The notes beneath the pieces were generated by a model. It had not been told where the DNA came from, made no database searches, and saw only the letters and a program-made list of their open reading frames with translations. This document shows, piece after piece, positions 51,114 to 62,749 of a DNA stretch of 64,000 nucleotides (positions are counted from its first letter, which is position 1; each line of letters begins with the position of its first letter). The DNA is from Takakia lepidozioides (Eukaryota; Plantae; Bryophyta): positions 27,900,001 to 27,964,000 of the forward strand of contig CM060732.1 of assembly GCA_030704615.1 (NCBI GenBank). The letters are read 5' to 3'. A program made the translations under genes and the position numbers.

Positions 51114-54086
51114 GCGTAAAAGTTTGCTCACCTGGTTCCACCCTCTAACTAGCTGGCTTCACATAAAACCTAGATGATATGTCATCCAAGGGACAAGATT
51201 GCGTTCCACTAATCTCCCTCTGGCAACGAGGTTCCAGAAATGGAACCACCCGTTCCATGCTCCTGCCCCCAATGGCACATCTACCGCCCCACAGAAATGC
51301 TCGCATTGCTCAAGCACTCTTCCCTAAAATTTCCTAGAATAGATAACTCGCAACCTCTCGACAAAACTGGAAACATATTACACATGACTCTTCATGTTTC
51401 CCTGAACTTGTTAAGAGTCAAGATTTCTGTTGCTGTACATTTTAGTACTTTTTCACAGTTCTATGTATTTCCTACCCGAAATCTTTTGAGCTGACTGAAT
51501 CAACATGAACCAAAGTGTAAGCAAGGCGGGTTTAAATGGATACATTTGTCCGGGACTAGTTCCAGTACTTTCTCGTAGTGATGCTCTGGATTTAACAAGC
51601 TTTGATCTAACAGTATTTTCTCCTCAAAAAACATCTTGAGCACTTTTGCATATGCTCGCCTACAACAGAAGATAGAGTCTTCGGACATTAGCCTCCCACT
51701 TTGTTAAATAGAGAGGCATGGATTGGTCTGTGAGAGATTAATAAGCTAGATAAGTAGATGGAGGTGGAGGACCAGCCATGCAAATGTCATCTTCATCTCC
51801 TCTCCTGTGAAGATTGAGAGGGGCGACTAGAGAAAAGCAAGAAGGGTACAAACAGCAGACAACAGAGGCACCGAAAAGGAGGGCCACATTACACTGTTGA
51901 ATGTCATACTTTTGCAATCTCATATAGATACAAAACATATATCAAAGTCAGACCCTAGTAACACTGGAGAGGCAATTAGAGATATACAAACAACATACAA
52001 AATCACATTCTAGACAGCTGGAGAAGGCAGGCATGGTGCGAAGAGCAGGACAAGGCTAAGTTACGTACGCAAATGCAGGGTGAAGAGCTGCTCCTGTGAG
52101 GGATACCTTTTTCATGTTATTCTCGTTTCCTTGTCTCAACCAACCTTCCCATTAGCCTTCTCATGTTTGTTCATCAGATATTTCAAACACAGACCAGGCT
52201 TGATTCTCAGCAAAGGTGCCTAAAGAGTCTCACAGCAACACCCAAAAACTGGCAGTTATAGGACAGCCTTGTGATCTCAAATGTAGATTTAAGCAAGCCA
52301 GAGCATCTATCTGCTACAAGTTGCAAAGGCCTTGCGCCTACTTTCATCTCTTTTCTTGCCACCCTCACATAAATTAATATTTGCAGTTTTCCAGGAGCAG
52401 AAGAAGGATTGAAAAATGTAGGTGTGACTACCATCACTTTTGTGCCCCCTTTCCGAACTGGTATTATATTCATCTGATTGCTACAGATGGCTTATGAAGA
52501 GTGAACCTTGTAGAGACGGAAATAATCAGCGATGGAAGTCCTCTGATCATTGGTCAATCTGCACAAAGCAAAGCGTAGGAGATGTTTTTGAGCTAAACAT
52601 CTTGTATTTATGTAGTCCAGATATTGTACCATTTATATCTTTCAAGAAGGGATTAAGAAAACTTCTTGGCCTTCCATGCTACTACTTCAGTCCAAGCAAA
52701 GAAATTCGTTTGTAATGAGCAAGGTTGAAGTGAATGGTCGTACATATTTTGCACTTAACAATCATGGTTCCCTCCCGTGAAGTTTTATTCACAAATTTGA
52801 ATCTATACTACAATTGCTGATATGACCACAATTTCTAGACTTGTTGCAGAGAATGGGGTGGGGTCCACCCAAAGCAAGCTCCCCACCGACAGCCCAGCAT
52901 TTCCAGTCACAGAGATAACCCATTAAGGGGAGAGTAGGTCTGTACTAAGAGGACCGTGCTCACCAACAAGTCTATGAGAAATTCTTCCACATAGCTATGC
53001 ATCAGTGCACTGTTAGAGGACTGTCTGGGACTTAGACACTTATACGGGATCTGTAGGGTACCCTTAATTTTTGCACAGACTGAGACCAACAGGAGCCTTA
53101 GGGGTGACAGCAGCGCACTGTAGAGGGGGGTTACATAGCCCGTCACAGCCCACACAGCCCACACAGCCCGTCACAATCGTCACAGCCGACAAAGCCCACA
53201 CAGCCCGTCACAGTCGTCACAGCCGACACAGCCAACACAGACCGTCACAGCCGACACAGCCAACACAGCCCGTCACAGTCGCACAGCCAGTCACAGCCCG
53301 TCACAGTTTCACACAGCCAGTCACAGCTTGACACAGCTGTCACGACCATAGGGAACGGAGAGCAGGACAGGGAATGACTGCGGGGAACAACACCTGCATA
53401 TGGAACATGTTAGTTCACGGACGATGGTTAGTGAGGGAAACGGTTAGAGCCACCATGGGTAGGAAGATAAAGGGAGAAGCACGGAATTTTGGGGATCATT
53501 ATTATTGGGAGGAGGACTTCTGGGTCATGCATGAGAGGAGATGGAGCGGAGAGGAGGATCGGAAGCAAAGATGGGGAGCACGGTGAAGGAGGAAAGAGGA
53601 TTAGTAGATGCTTGTTATATGCAAAGCGATAGTGATATAGTAGAGCAGATTAGAGACACAATGGCTTCGGCCTGATACCTGATAAATCATAATCGGATAC
53701 TTTTACGATACAATCACACTGTGTAGAGAGATCTGAGTGAAGCTGTGGAATGAATGGATGAGTTGATGGAATCCAATAGATTGATAAAGCAAACTGATAC
53801 TTAATTATCAATGGTAAGGTAGCTAACATGAATGCCAAAAGGGAAACAAATAGAAAACACCCCCATGATACACTAGCTGTAGGTCATGACTGATTGTTCT
53901 GCGCGGGCTGAGTACTTAGAGATTTCCAACTCTTCTATTTTGGAGTTTCCGCCTCGAATAGCGAAGGGATGGGTGAGTAAAAGCCGCGCGACATTTGGCG
54001 ACCATACTGGGGAACTGAGTCATGAACAACCAGATGTGACAGGCATCTAGTGGGATCATGGTGGTTGGACCATTAAAGAATTTGAA

Positions 54087-55472
54087 GTGAATCAAATTCC
54101 CTGTGGAACGAAGGAAGAAAGATTGTCCAAACAATTCTTTCAAAGGTTCTTGGAATTGCCAGACGGTTGTAAAGAAAATATTCTTAAACGAGTGCATGAT
54201 GCTGATCCGGAATGGGGTCTGGAGAAAGGAGTGATAAAGATTTATCAGGTAGCCTGTAGAGGAAGAGCACGTTGGTTACCAACATTGGTATATGTGATAG
54301 CATTGTTATCCATTAAGCGAGTAGAGTTTGAAGGTTGGGAAGAAAGAAAGGTGAATGTTTATACTCACAAAATACTATGTACTATCTTGGCTAAGATAGT
54401 CAATGCAAACAGAACAGATTGGGATACAAAGCTGCTGACAGCTTTGTGGTCATACAGGACTTCCTATAAAGTCACCACTAAGTATACACCATTCCAATTA
54501 GTTTATGGTATGGAAGCCTTACTTCCACTGGAATTCCTGTTACCTACCATGAGAACGGAGTGGGGAAAAAGAATGGAATTGCAAGATTCCATTAAGGTCA
54601 GGAAACATGAATTATACCATGTGGAAGAAGTACGTGCTGATGCAGCTGATAATATGACCATAATTCAGATGAAGAGGAAGGAACAGTTTGATGAAGGCAA
54701 GTTAAAAACTTTTAAGACGGGAGATTTGGTTCTATGGTTGCAGAAAAAGGGAAAGATTAAAGCTTCTAAGCTTAAATCACCATGGAAAGGACCTTATGTC
54801 ATACAAAAGATGTATGATAACAACACCGCCATGTTACAAACCATTAACAAATAAATGCTGGGAAGAGTCAATGCCAATAAGTTGAAGGGGTACAGTGGTA
54901 TCCATGACAAACCATTGCAGCATGATTTGCATGTTGAAACGCAAGAACAGTCACGGGCTGCACCAGTGTTACGAACGGAGTATGGAGCACTTGTCGCTAG
55001 GCCAAGCACATATGACCAGGGCGGCCAAAACAAGCGTGACACAGCCTATCACAGCCCATTAAGGCGAACCACAGCCTATCACAGCCAATCAAGGCAAAGC
55101 ACAGCCTATCACAACCCATCACGACGTGACACAGCCTATCACAGCCCAGCACGGCGCAACACAGCCTATCACAACCTACCACAGCGTGTCACAGCCTATC
55201 ACAGCTTACCACAACGTGTCACAGCCTATCACAGCTTACCACAGTGCATCACAGCCTATCACAGCGTATCACAGTATGACACAGCCTGTCACAGCTCAAC
55301 ACAGCCTACTAGGGTTACACGATCCATAGAATCAGTGACAGGTGGACGCATAATAACTTCAGGAAAATGGCTGACGGAAGAAAAAACGGAAACTAGTTTA
55401 AAAATAGACACGTGGAAGGCAGGGCGCGACACACAGCTGAGAAGGAAGTGCAAGAATAGGTGTCATAAATAA
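54087..55472 (+). pseudogene. Fused gag-like start + integrase C-terminal half, continuing into a repeat tail
   Basis: DWDTKLLTALWSYRTSYKVTTKYTPFQLVYGMEA...KLKSPWKGPY; in-frame TAA at 54852; then TAYH repeats. Confidence 0.8.
55036..55305 (+). repeat. ACAGCCTATCACAGC tandem repeat, mostly 30-bp period (encodes TAYH)
   Basis: About nine units, starting 55041, 55071, 55101, 55131, 55161, 55191, 55221, 55251, then a shorter step. Confidence 0.85.
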
Positions 55473-55867
55473 AGAGGACAAGACCGGCCGTCAAAAGGGA
55501 TGAAAGGCGGGCCCATTAATGAATACGGAAAAAGGGAAACGGAACGAACGGCAAGTACAGAAAAGCGAAATTCTTGTCACATGTGTGATCCTAGTGGACT
55601 ATCCAGCAGGGAAAGTCCACTAAAGAAAATAAAATCTAAAATCCAGTCACAGCGGATACAGCCAATAGAAAACCCGAGAAAGGATCAAGAAAATGGAGGG
55701 AAATTGAGCGCAAGAGGCGGCGTCGTTCTGAGTAACGGGCGTCTCGACGGGACAGACCATCAATGCTATAGCTTGGAAACTATGGAAGAACTAACAGATT
55801 ATACGCTCGCAATATTACTTACGCAGCATAGACACGAAAGAACAGAGCGGAGCTTTTCTCTTGAGCG

Positions 55868-58800
55868 ATGCTTGCAAGCCCCGCAAGCTTACAAGAAATA
55901 CCCATAGCTTTCTGTGGCAACCATACGTTTATGCTTTATGCACTACAGGCATTTCTGCAGTTGTTACAGCCAAAACAGTTCGGTGAGTCTAAAATGAAGA
56001 GAGTGAGAGGAATGGAGGAAATCAGGGTGAAGAGCACCACAATTATGCAGAAACAAACGATTGCTACCCCACAGGCGATACAGATACTGGAGGAGCTGAG
56101 ATTGCAAGGATTGCAAAGCATAGATTGGACATTACACCATAGACAATACATGTTACAATTTTTGCAGAACTTTGAGCCAAGGACAGGAACAACAACGGTG
56201 AAGGGAGTTGAATTAATGATTACTCCCCTATACCTCCAGCAATTGTTTCGATTGCCAGCAGGTCAGGTGCATGTGGAGGAACACAGGGCAAGACTGCAAA
56301 TAGGGGACTTATTCCAAGAAGGGAGTTTCTTTAAAACTCAGGGTTATGCTTGTACCAAGGCTGTGTACCCAGGGCTAAAGGAGGTAGGCCAGGTATTGAA
56401 CGTTCTGATTGCCATGAAACAGAACCAACAGTATTTGAGCAGATCCTTCACGGAGGAAATACTCAAAGCCCTGAAGGGACAAGAGGTACAATGGGTGGAC
56501 ATAATGTACAACGCACTGGTGGAGGAGATGAAAAGATTACAAGGTACTACCGCAAAGTCTCCTATCATAGTGTCTGGCCCAATCATTGCTCAAATAATTC
56601 TTGATTCTGGCATACTTGATGCGCAAGAAAGAAAGGAGATGGGAGTGTTTGAGCCAGAAACCACTGCAACGGAAGAGCAAGGCTCTTCACGCAGTGAGGG
56701 TGGACTAGCAGGGCAACCCAAGACTAAGAGGCAGAGACGGGGAAAGACTGTAGTGGCGGATCCACTGGCTTCACGGATTCCGCATGATAATGTTTCCCAA
56801 GCTCATGTGCAGGAAGGGGCACAGCAGCACAGAGAAATGCTATTACTGGAAGCAGGACCTTCAGAGAGGGAGGAGGAAGTTACTTCAGTATCACAACCAT
56901 CACAGCCAGTTGATCGACTTGTCATAAGGTCACAAGTTGTCCATGCAACTCAACCAGAAATAATTGATTTGGAAAGAGAAGGGTTAGATATTCCAACTAC
57001 AGAACAGATAGTGGCAGAAATGGAGAAGGGGGACCTTCTCTATGAATATTCTGGTCTGGTCAAGGAGACAGAGATTCCAGAGGTGCAACAGTTGCCCAAG
57101 GGAAATCCTGAGGTGCATATAATACACACACCTGTGTCGGAGGTACCACAGGCGGAAGGTCATGACACTGTAGCACCGGTGATAGATGAAGTGGTTCAGG
57201 AAGAAAATCCGGTGGGACAATGGCCTGAGTGGTTCGTGAGACATCACACTGTTGAGGATCAGGAGGAATAGCAGCAACCTCACCATGATGACCCTCAACA
57301 GGCAATGCTGATGAGTTCCATAGGCAGGACACTTAATTTGTTGGGGACTTATGTCAAATCCCATGTTCCAACTACCCAATTGACAGCCTTGAGAGAGGAA
57401 CTCAGGAAGGAGTTTGAAGCTCGACTAGCCACTGAGTGTGCAAACAAGGTCGATGAAGAGGTCACTCTCAAGATGCAGCAGGACTTGGGAAATATAGAAG
57501 CGGCTTTGCAATTGGCCAAGGAACAATTGATTGAGGCAGGCCTCGCGCAAGACCAGTTGCACGAAGCACATAAGCAACAGCTATACCAAATGCAGGTGCA
57601 GCATGAAAGCAAGTTGCAAGAAGTGAATGCACTACATACGGAGTTGCAGACAGTGCATGACAGGATGGCGATACAATGTGCTACATTCACAACTATGCTT
57701 GACCAATCTACAAAAGAAATAAACAGTCAAGCGGAAAAATGTACGAAGGCAGAAGAAGAGAATGTTGAGCAAATGAAACTCATTGTCGATATGAAGAATA
57801 CAATCTGTCGCAATGAGGATACTTTCAAGCAATACAGGCAGGTTGAAGCTGATCAAGAGAAGCACATCGTGGAGTTGCAACAAACGCTCATGGCCAATAG
57901 AACTGAAATCACGGTCACTAACAAGGCTTGGAAGGAAGCTAATAATCTACTTGCTGCTTATGCAAATTTGGTTGAACCTCAGGCGAAGCGCCAGGAGGCT
58001 TTACACCAGCAGTTAGAAGTGTACAAGCTAAGAGAGGAGCAAACTCTCAGGGGAACCACAAGCAACTTGGTGGATAACCACCTTATGCAGGTCTGGTTAG
58101 CACAAGGGCTAGTGGAGGGCAAAACACCACGAAAGCTCACCCAAAGCGAGATGAATGAGCTCAAGCTACAGGTGCAGAACATTGCCACAACTACTATAGA
58201 CAATGTCTATAGTAGGATAGCAGAGTTACAGGAGGATGTAGACGGACTGCAGACTCAAGTGGAGGACCTCACTTCAAACATCGACAAAAGAGTCTATATC
58301 CCTCAGGAACAGCTAATGGCTCTTATTTACAAGCCAGAACTTTGGCTTTTCAGTCTTCACAGGAGGTGCAGGAGATGCCAATGATACAAGAGCCAGTACC
58401 ACCAACACCACAACAAGTCACTGTACCAGTAGGTGAACCTGTGGTTACTACAACCACACCACAGCCACCACAGCCTGAGATATGGGGCAATGCTGCTTTT
58501 AACCCACCTAAAACTCCAGCTGCAAGGGAGTACAGTAGGGCTATGATTATGCCCTTCAACCAAATTCCCATCATGTGGATTTGGCTTGGAAAGAATTTAG
58601 TCCTCCGCAGTCATTCGCACATTACTACCAAATCATGCGTATTTGGCTGCAGTGGCAACAAGGACTAAAGTTCTTCCGAACAATCGACATATTGAGGATC
58701 ATCACTTTGCACAGTACTGGCACGAGGCAGGTACCGTGTTGAGAGAATTAATTGCTTTCCAGGTTGTAAATGGACTCAATGATCCAAGACCAAGGAGGTA

Positions 58801-59549
58801 GCAAGTATTGTCATGGGATGCGGGTTATACTACGCTGCTTGTTTTCTGGTACGTTATCACATTGAGCAGCAAAAGATGCAAGCACGCTTTTGAAGTTATT
58901 CCAGTGGGGATCATTGGGTATTACCTTCGGTGCCACCTCATATGTACCTATATGACCAAAAGTTATGATGCAAAAGGATTCTCAAATTCGTTCATGGTTT
59001 CAAGCGGCCTGGAACAATTTGTCAACACAGAAATTCGGCATTGATGATATTTTCTATAAGGGACATGTGGCATGGAAATACTTGCACGCTGCACCAGTAA
59101 TTGGTACCCACTCACCTGGACAGACAAGGAGCTCAGTGTCTACAACACCAATTTTGCTGTTCAGCGATTACACAAGTTGTAAATATAAACTTCCAGACAT
59201 GGTAGGACAGCATTGTATGCCCCAGAGGATTCCACAAAAAGTTCGAAAATTAAAACACCTGAGAGGCGATGAGGATTCTGATACAACTGTTTCTTCACCG
59301 AATTTTTTTGACATGGGAGAAGACTATGCAATTCAGATGGCAGAGAAGAAGCGACGGGGGTCTCCTATGCCTGAAAGGTTACCTCGATATCAGCCTCCAG
59401 AGGGCCTCACTTATCCAGGTAGTGATCAACCATCTCCATCAACCAGAGACAGACCTCGGGCTCGTACACACAGTCCGCCACGAAACTCTCTCAACGTCAG
59501 AAAGGTGCTCACTCACAAAGGTTTGCTAATCGCAATCAGTAAACCGTGA
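55868..59549 (+). pseudogene. Large extra 3' ORF of the gypsy element (coiled-coil rich), broken by stops/frameshifts
   Basis: ORFs 55868-57271 and 57305-58384 are in frame across one TAG; 58342-58668 and 58965-59549 continue to the PPT. Heptad-like Q/E/L region; N-terminal MLQFLQNF...VKGVELMITP..LQQLFRLP. Confidence 0.7.
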
Positions 59550-60973
59550 GGACACGGCTTTTTGAGGGGGAAGGGTAATGTTAGAGGACTGTCTGGGACT
59601 TAGACACTTATACGGGATCTGTAGGGTACCCTTAATTTTTGCACAGACTGAGACCAACAGGAGCCTTAGGGGTGACAGCAGCGCACTGTAGAGGGGGGTT
59701 ACACAGCCCGTCACACACGCCCACACAGCCCGTCACAGTCACAGACAAAGCCCAGCCCGTCACAGTCGTCACAGCCGACACAGCCACACAGCACACAGCA
59801 CAGCACAGCCAGTCACAGCCCGTCACAGTTTCACACAGCCAGTCACAGCTTGACACAGCTGTCACGACATAGGGAACGGAGAGCAGGACAGGGAACGACT
59901 GCGGGAACAACACCTGCAATGGAACATGTTAGTTCACGGACGACGGTTAGTGAGGGAAACGGTTAGAGCCACCATGGGTAGGAAGATAAAGGGAGAAGCA
60001 CGGAATTTGGGGATCATTATTATTGGGAGGAGGACTTCTGGGTCATGCAAGAGGAGATGCGGAGAGGAGATCGAAGCAAAGATGGGGAGCACGGTGAAGG
60101 AGGAAGAGGATTAGTAGATGCTTGTTATATGCAAAGCGTAGTGATATAGTAGAGCAGATTAGAGACACAATGGCTTCGGCCTGATACCTGATAAATCATA
60201 ATCGGATACTTTTACGATACAATCACACTGTGTAGAGAGATCTGAGTGAAGCTGTGGAATGAATGGATGAGTTGATGGAATTAGATTGATAAAGCAAACT
60301 GATACTTAATTATCAATGGTAAGTAGCTAACATGAATGCCAAAAGGGAAACAAATAGGAAACACCCCCATGATACACTAGCTGTAGGTCATGACTGATTG
60401 TTCTGCGCGGGCTGAGTACTTAGAGATTTCCAACTCTTCTATCTTGGAGTTTCCGCCTCGAATAGCGAAGGGATGGGTGAGTAAAAGCCGCGCGACATGC
60501 AGCCCTGACAAATGACAGCCAAGACGATGGTGTCTAAAGTTGAGTAGACACCTGCGTGCTCTTGGATCACAAACCCAATAATGGACACCATGTCGACCAC
60601 TATAAACCCATAGCATGTGCTCAAATCCAAAGTCCTCTGCAAGAACAAATGAACGAAAGCATATTGAAGCCATTCCTCATATGTACAAACATGAGAAGCT
60701 TAGTTGCAGCTTCAAGACACAAGGGCTTAAGGAGAAGTGTGCTATTTGGAACCTCCAGAGGGCCAGGAACAAGTTTCACTGTGAAACTTTTAATCACATG
60801 CATGCCTCAGCCACAATTACAAACTCAACCATAATCATCCCTTATCAAAACCTCCAAAAAATATGTGTATAGGGAAAATGGCCGTTCCTCATCAAAAAAT
60901 ATTGATTGGATAACATCATCAGCTACAATAGCATGTGTCCATTCAATGAGCCAGAGCACAATCTATTATACCT

Positions 60974-61953
60974 TGTGTGTCGACCCTTTTGCCTTGAGGG
61001 CAGGGGATCGGGACACAAGAGGGGTTGCCCCTATGGTGGGGGCAGTGGCAACAATAGGTACGGGGACTGAAGCACCCTTGAGTGCCCAAGGCACCCAAGG
61101 AGGCGGAGGCGCTCACTAGGTGGAGCCCCGCACACCGGGTTGCGGTGGGGGTGGGTCCATGAAGGGTGGTGGTAGCTTAGTGGGTCTTAGTGGGGGTGGC
61201 ATAGGACTCACCATGGGGCAAAGACCTTGTGGTGGGAGTCGTGGGGAGTCTTGGGACTCATCATGGTCCAAAGGGATCGTGGTGGGTGGGCCAAGACTCA
61301 CCGCGACTCATCACCAGGAATCGAGGGTCTTCGTGGTGGTTCGCCATAAAAGGATGGTGTTGTTTGTGAAACCCCCGTGGACAGTCAAAGAAGTATATAT
61401 AGGGAGTAGTTGTCGTGCACCTAAGCATCGTGCCACAACATACATCGTTGTCCACCATACATTGTAAGCACACATCCTAGAAGCTATGCCACAATGATAA
61501 TGAAAGTGAACACAAGGGAAACACTCCACTCATGAATCCACTCAATCACATAAACTAAGTCAAGCCAAAGGCACCTTTGCTACAGGAATCCACCCTACAA
61601 AGCCCTCACCACACTCTTTTTCAATACCTAGAGCTATGGAGGTGGGAGAGGCTCATGGAGGCTCAACTACAGAAAGACCCTCCTCAACACTCACAAGGGG
61701 AAAACCATCCCCATGTCCCAAGTGAGATTGACACTCACTTGGCATGTGAGACCAAATGAAGTCCCAACACACAAAATACAAATATAATTATCCAAAATAT
61801 CCTAGTTAATTAGAAGTAGGTAATTCTAGTTAACCATGACTAAAACCATGACAGCTGTCGTGCACCTAAGCATCGTGCCACAACATACATCGTTGTCCAC
61901 CATACATTATAAGCACACAATCCTAAAAAACTATGACACAATCGCCCCCCTAG
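60974..61953 (-). mobile_element. 3' LTR (~965 bp) + PPT of a gypsy element related to the PHD-integrase element
   Basis: Minus strand CTAGGGGGGCGAT then TGTGTCATAG at 61940; internal ~85-bp duplication (61411-61492 / 61856-61940); TATA-like CCCTATATATA near 61400; ends ...GTCGACACA near 60975. Confidence 0.6.
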
Positions 61954-62244
61954 CTAGTGATTAGGTCCCTCTAACACCGGACAAGTATCCATCTCAATAA
62001 GATCATCGCTTGGTCTTCAATCGCACATGTCCCAATTTTTTAAAGTATATAGATCAAGAGGTCGGGTGCAACGAGAGCCCCATCATTAATCGCCTGCGTG
62101 CAATCCATGATCTTCAATTGAGTATCCATGGCGTTGAGCTCCCACCAGCTAGACCTTGGATCACTTGTCAACACCCCAAGCTATGGGGACTCCACCCCAC
62201 AACAACCTATCCTCCCTTCATAAGCATACTCAGCTTCTAAAGCA

Positions 62245-62503
62245 TGAAGGAGCTGCGCGACTGCCGCTCTCGTGAAGATAAGACGGGTCAGGTGTCAAAC
62301 TAAACTTGACACCTGATTTAACACTTGACCTAAATCCAAGTGTTAAATACAAATAACTAGCTTTATTCTAGCTAGTTTCACACTGTGCTTATTTAACTTG
62401 ACAGCTGTCGTGCGCATACGTATCGCTACACAACTACATCGCTGTCCAAACCACACCACACATATATGCACAATAAAGTAGTCTGCCACAATCGCCCCCC
62501 TAG
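62245..62503 (-). mobile_element. Short 3' LTR (~246 bp) + PPT of the PHD-integrase element
   Basis: PPT CTAGGGGGGCGAT 62491-62503, TG at 62490, AATAAA, CA at 62245; three adjacent hairpins. Confidence 0.6.
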
Positions 62504-62749
62504 CTGGTGGATAGGTCCCTCTACTCCAGATAGCTACAAGATGTAATAGCCACAGCCGTACTAAGTCCTCTATCACTGTCCCTATTGTACTCAAACTCTA
62601 TAGACCAAGAGGCCGGGTACAAGAGTAGCCCCATCGTTAGTCGCCGTCTTGCAATCTGTGAACTTGAGCCAGGACCTCGTGTGTTCAAGGTCTCCTAGTA
62701 GCTGGGCCTTGCGTTTCTTGTTAGCCTTCCATGGTTGTATCCACTCCCA

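Larger units (their letters stand above)
53011..60497 (+). mobile_element. Internally deleted Ty3/gypsy (Tat/Athila-like) LTR retrotransposon
   Basis: TG...CA LTRs 53011-53993 and 59579-60497; PBS TGGCGACCATACTGGGGA 53996-54013; PPT GAGGGGGAAGGG before 59579; flanks TGCAC/TGCAG. No protease, RT or RNase H seen. Confidence 0.93.
51544..60636 (-). pseudogene. PRIM1: DNA primase small subunit fragment (4 internal exons), split by the LTR element
   Basis: Exons 60552-60636 ([28 protein letters not shown]), 52507-52558 (LTNDQRTSIADYFRLYK), 52069-52130 (GNENNMKKVSLTGAALHPAFA) and 51544-51659 (RAYAKVLKMFFEEKIL). The acceptor at 52131 is AA instead of AG, SGRRG is SGRHG, and flanking exons are absent. 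Confidence 0.85.

Noticed and set aside
53071-53331. PTQP/VTA-repeat ORFs (also 25443-25700, 59639-59872)
   Set aside because: Translations of the CACAGCC repeats inside LTRs.
51544-60636. Primase as cargo of the LTR element (primase-encoding mobile element)
   Set aside because: Primase exons lie outside both LTRs, on either side of the TSD; the element inserted into an intron.
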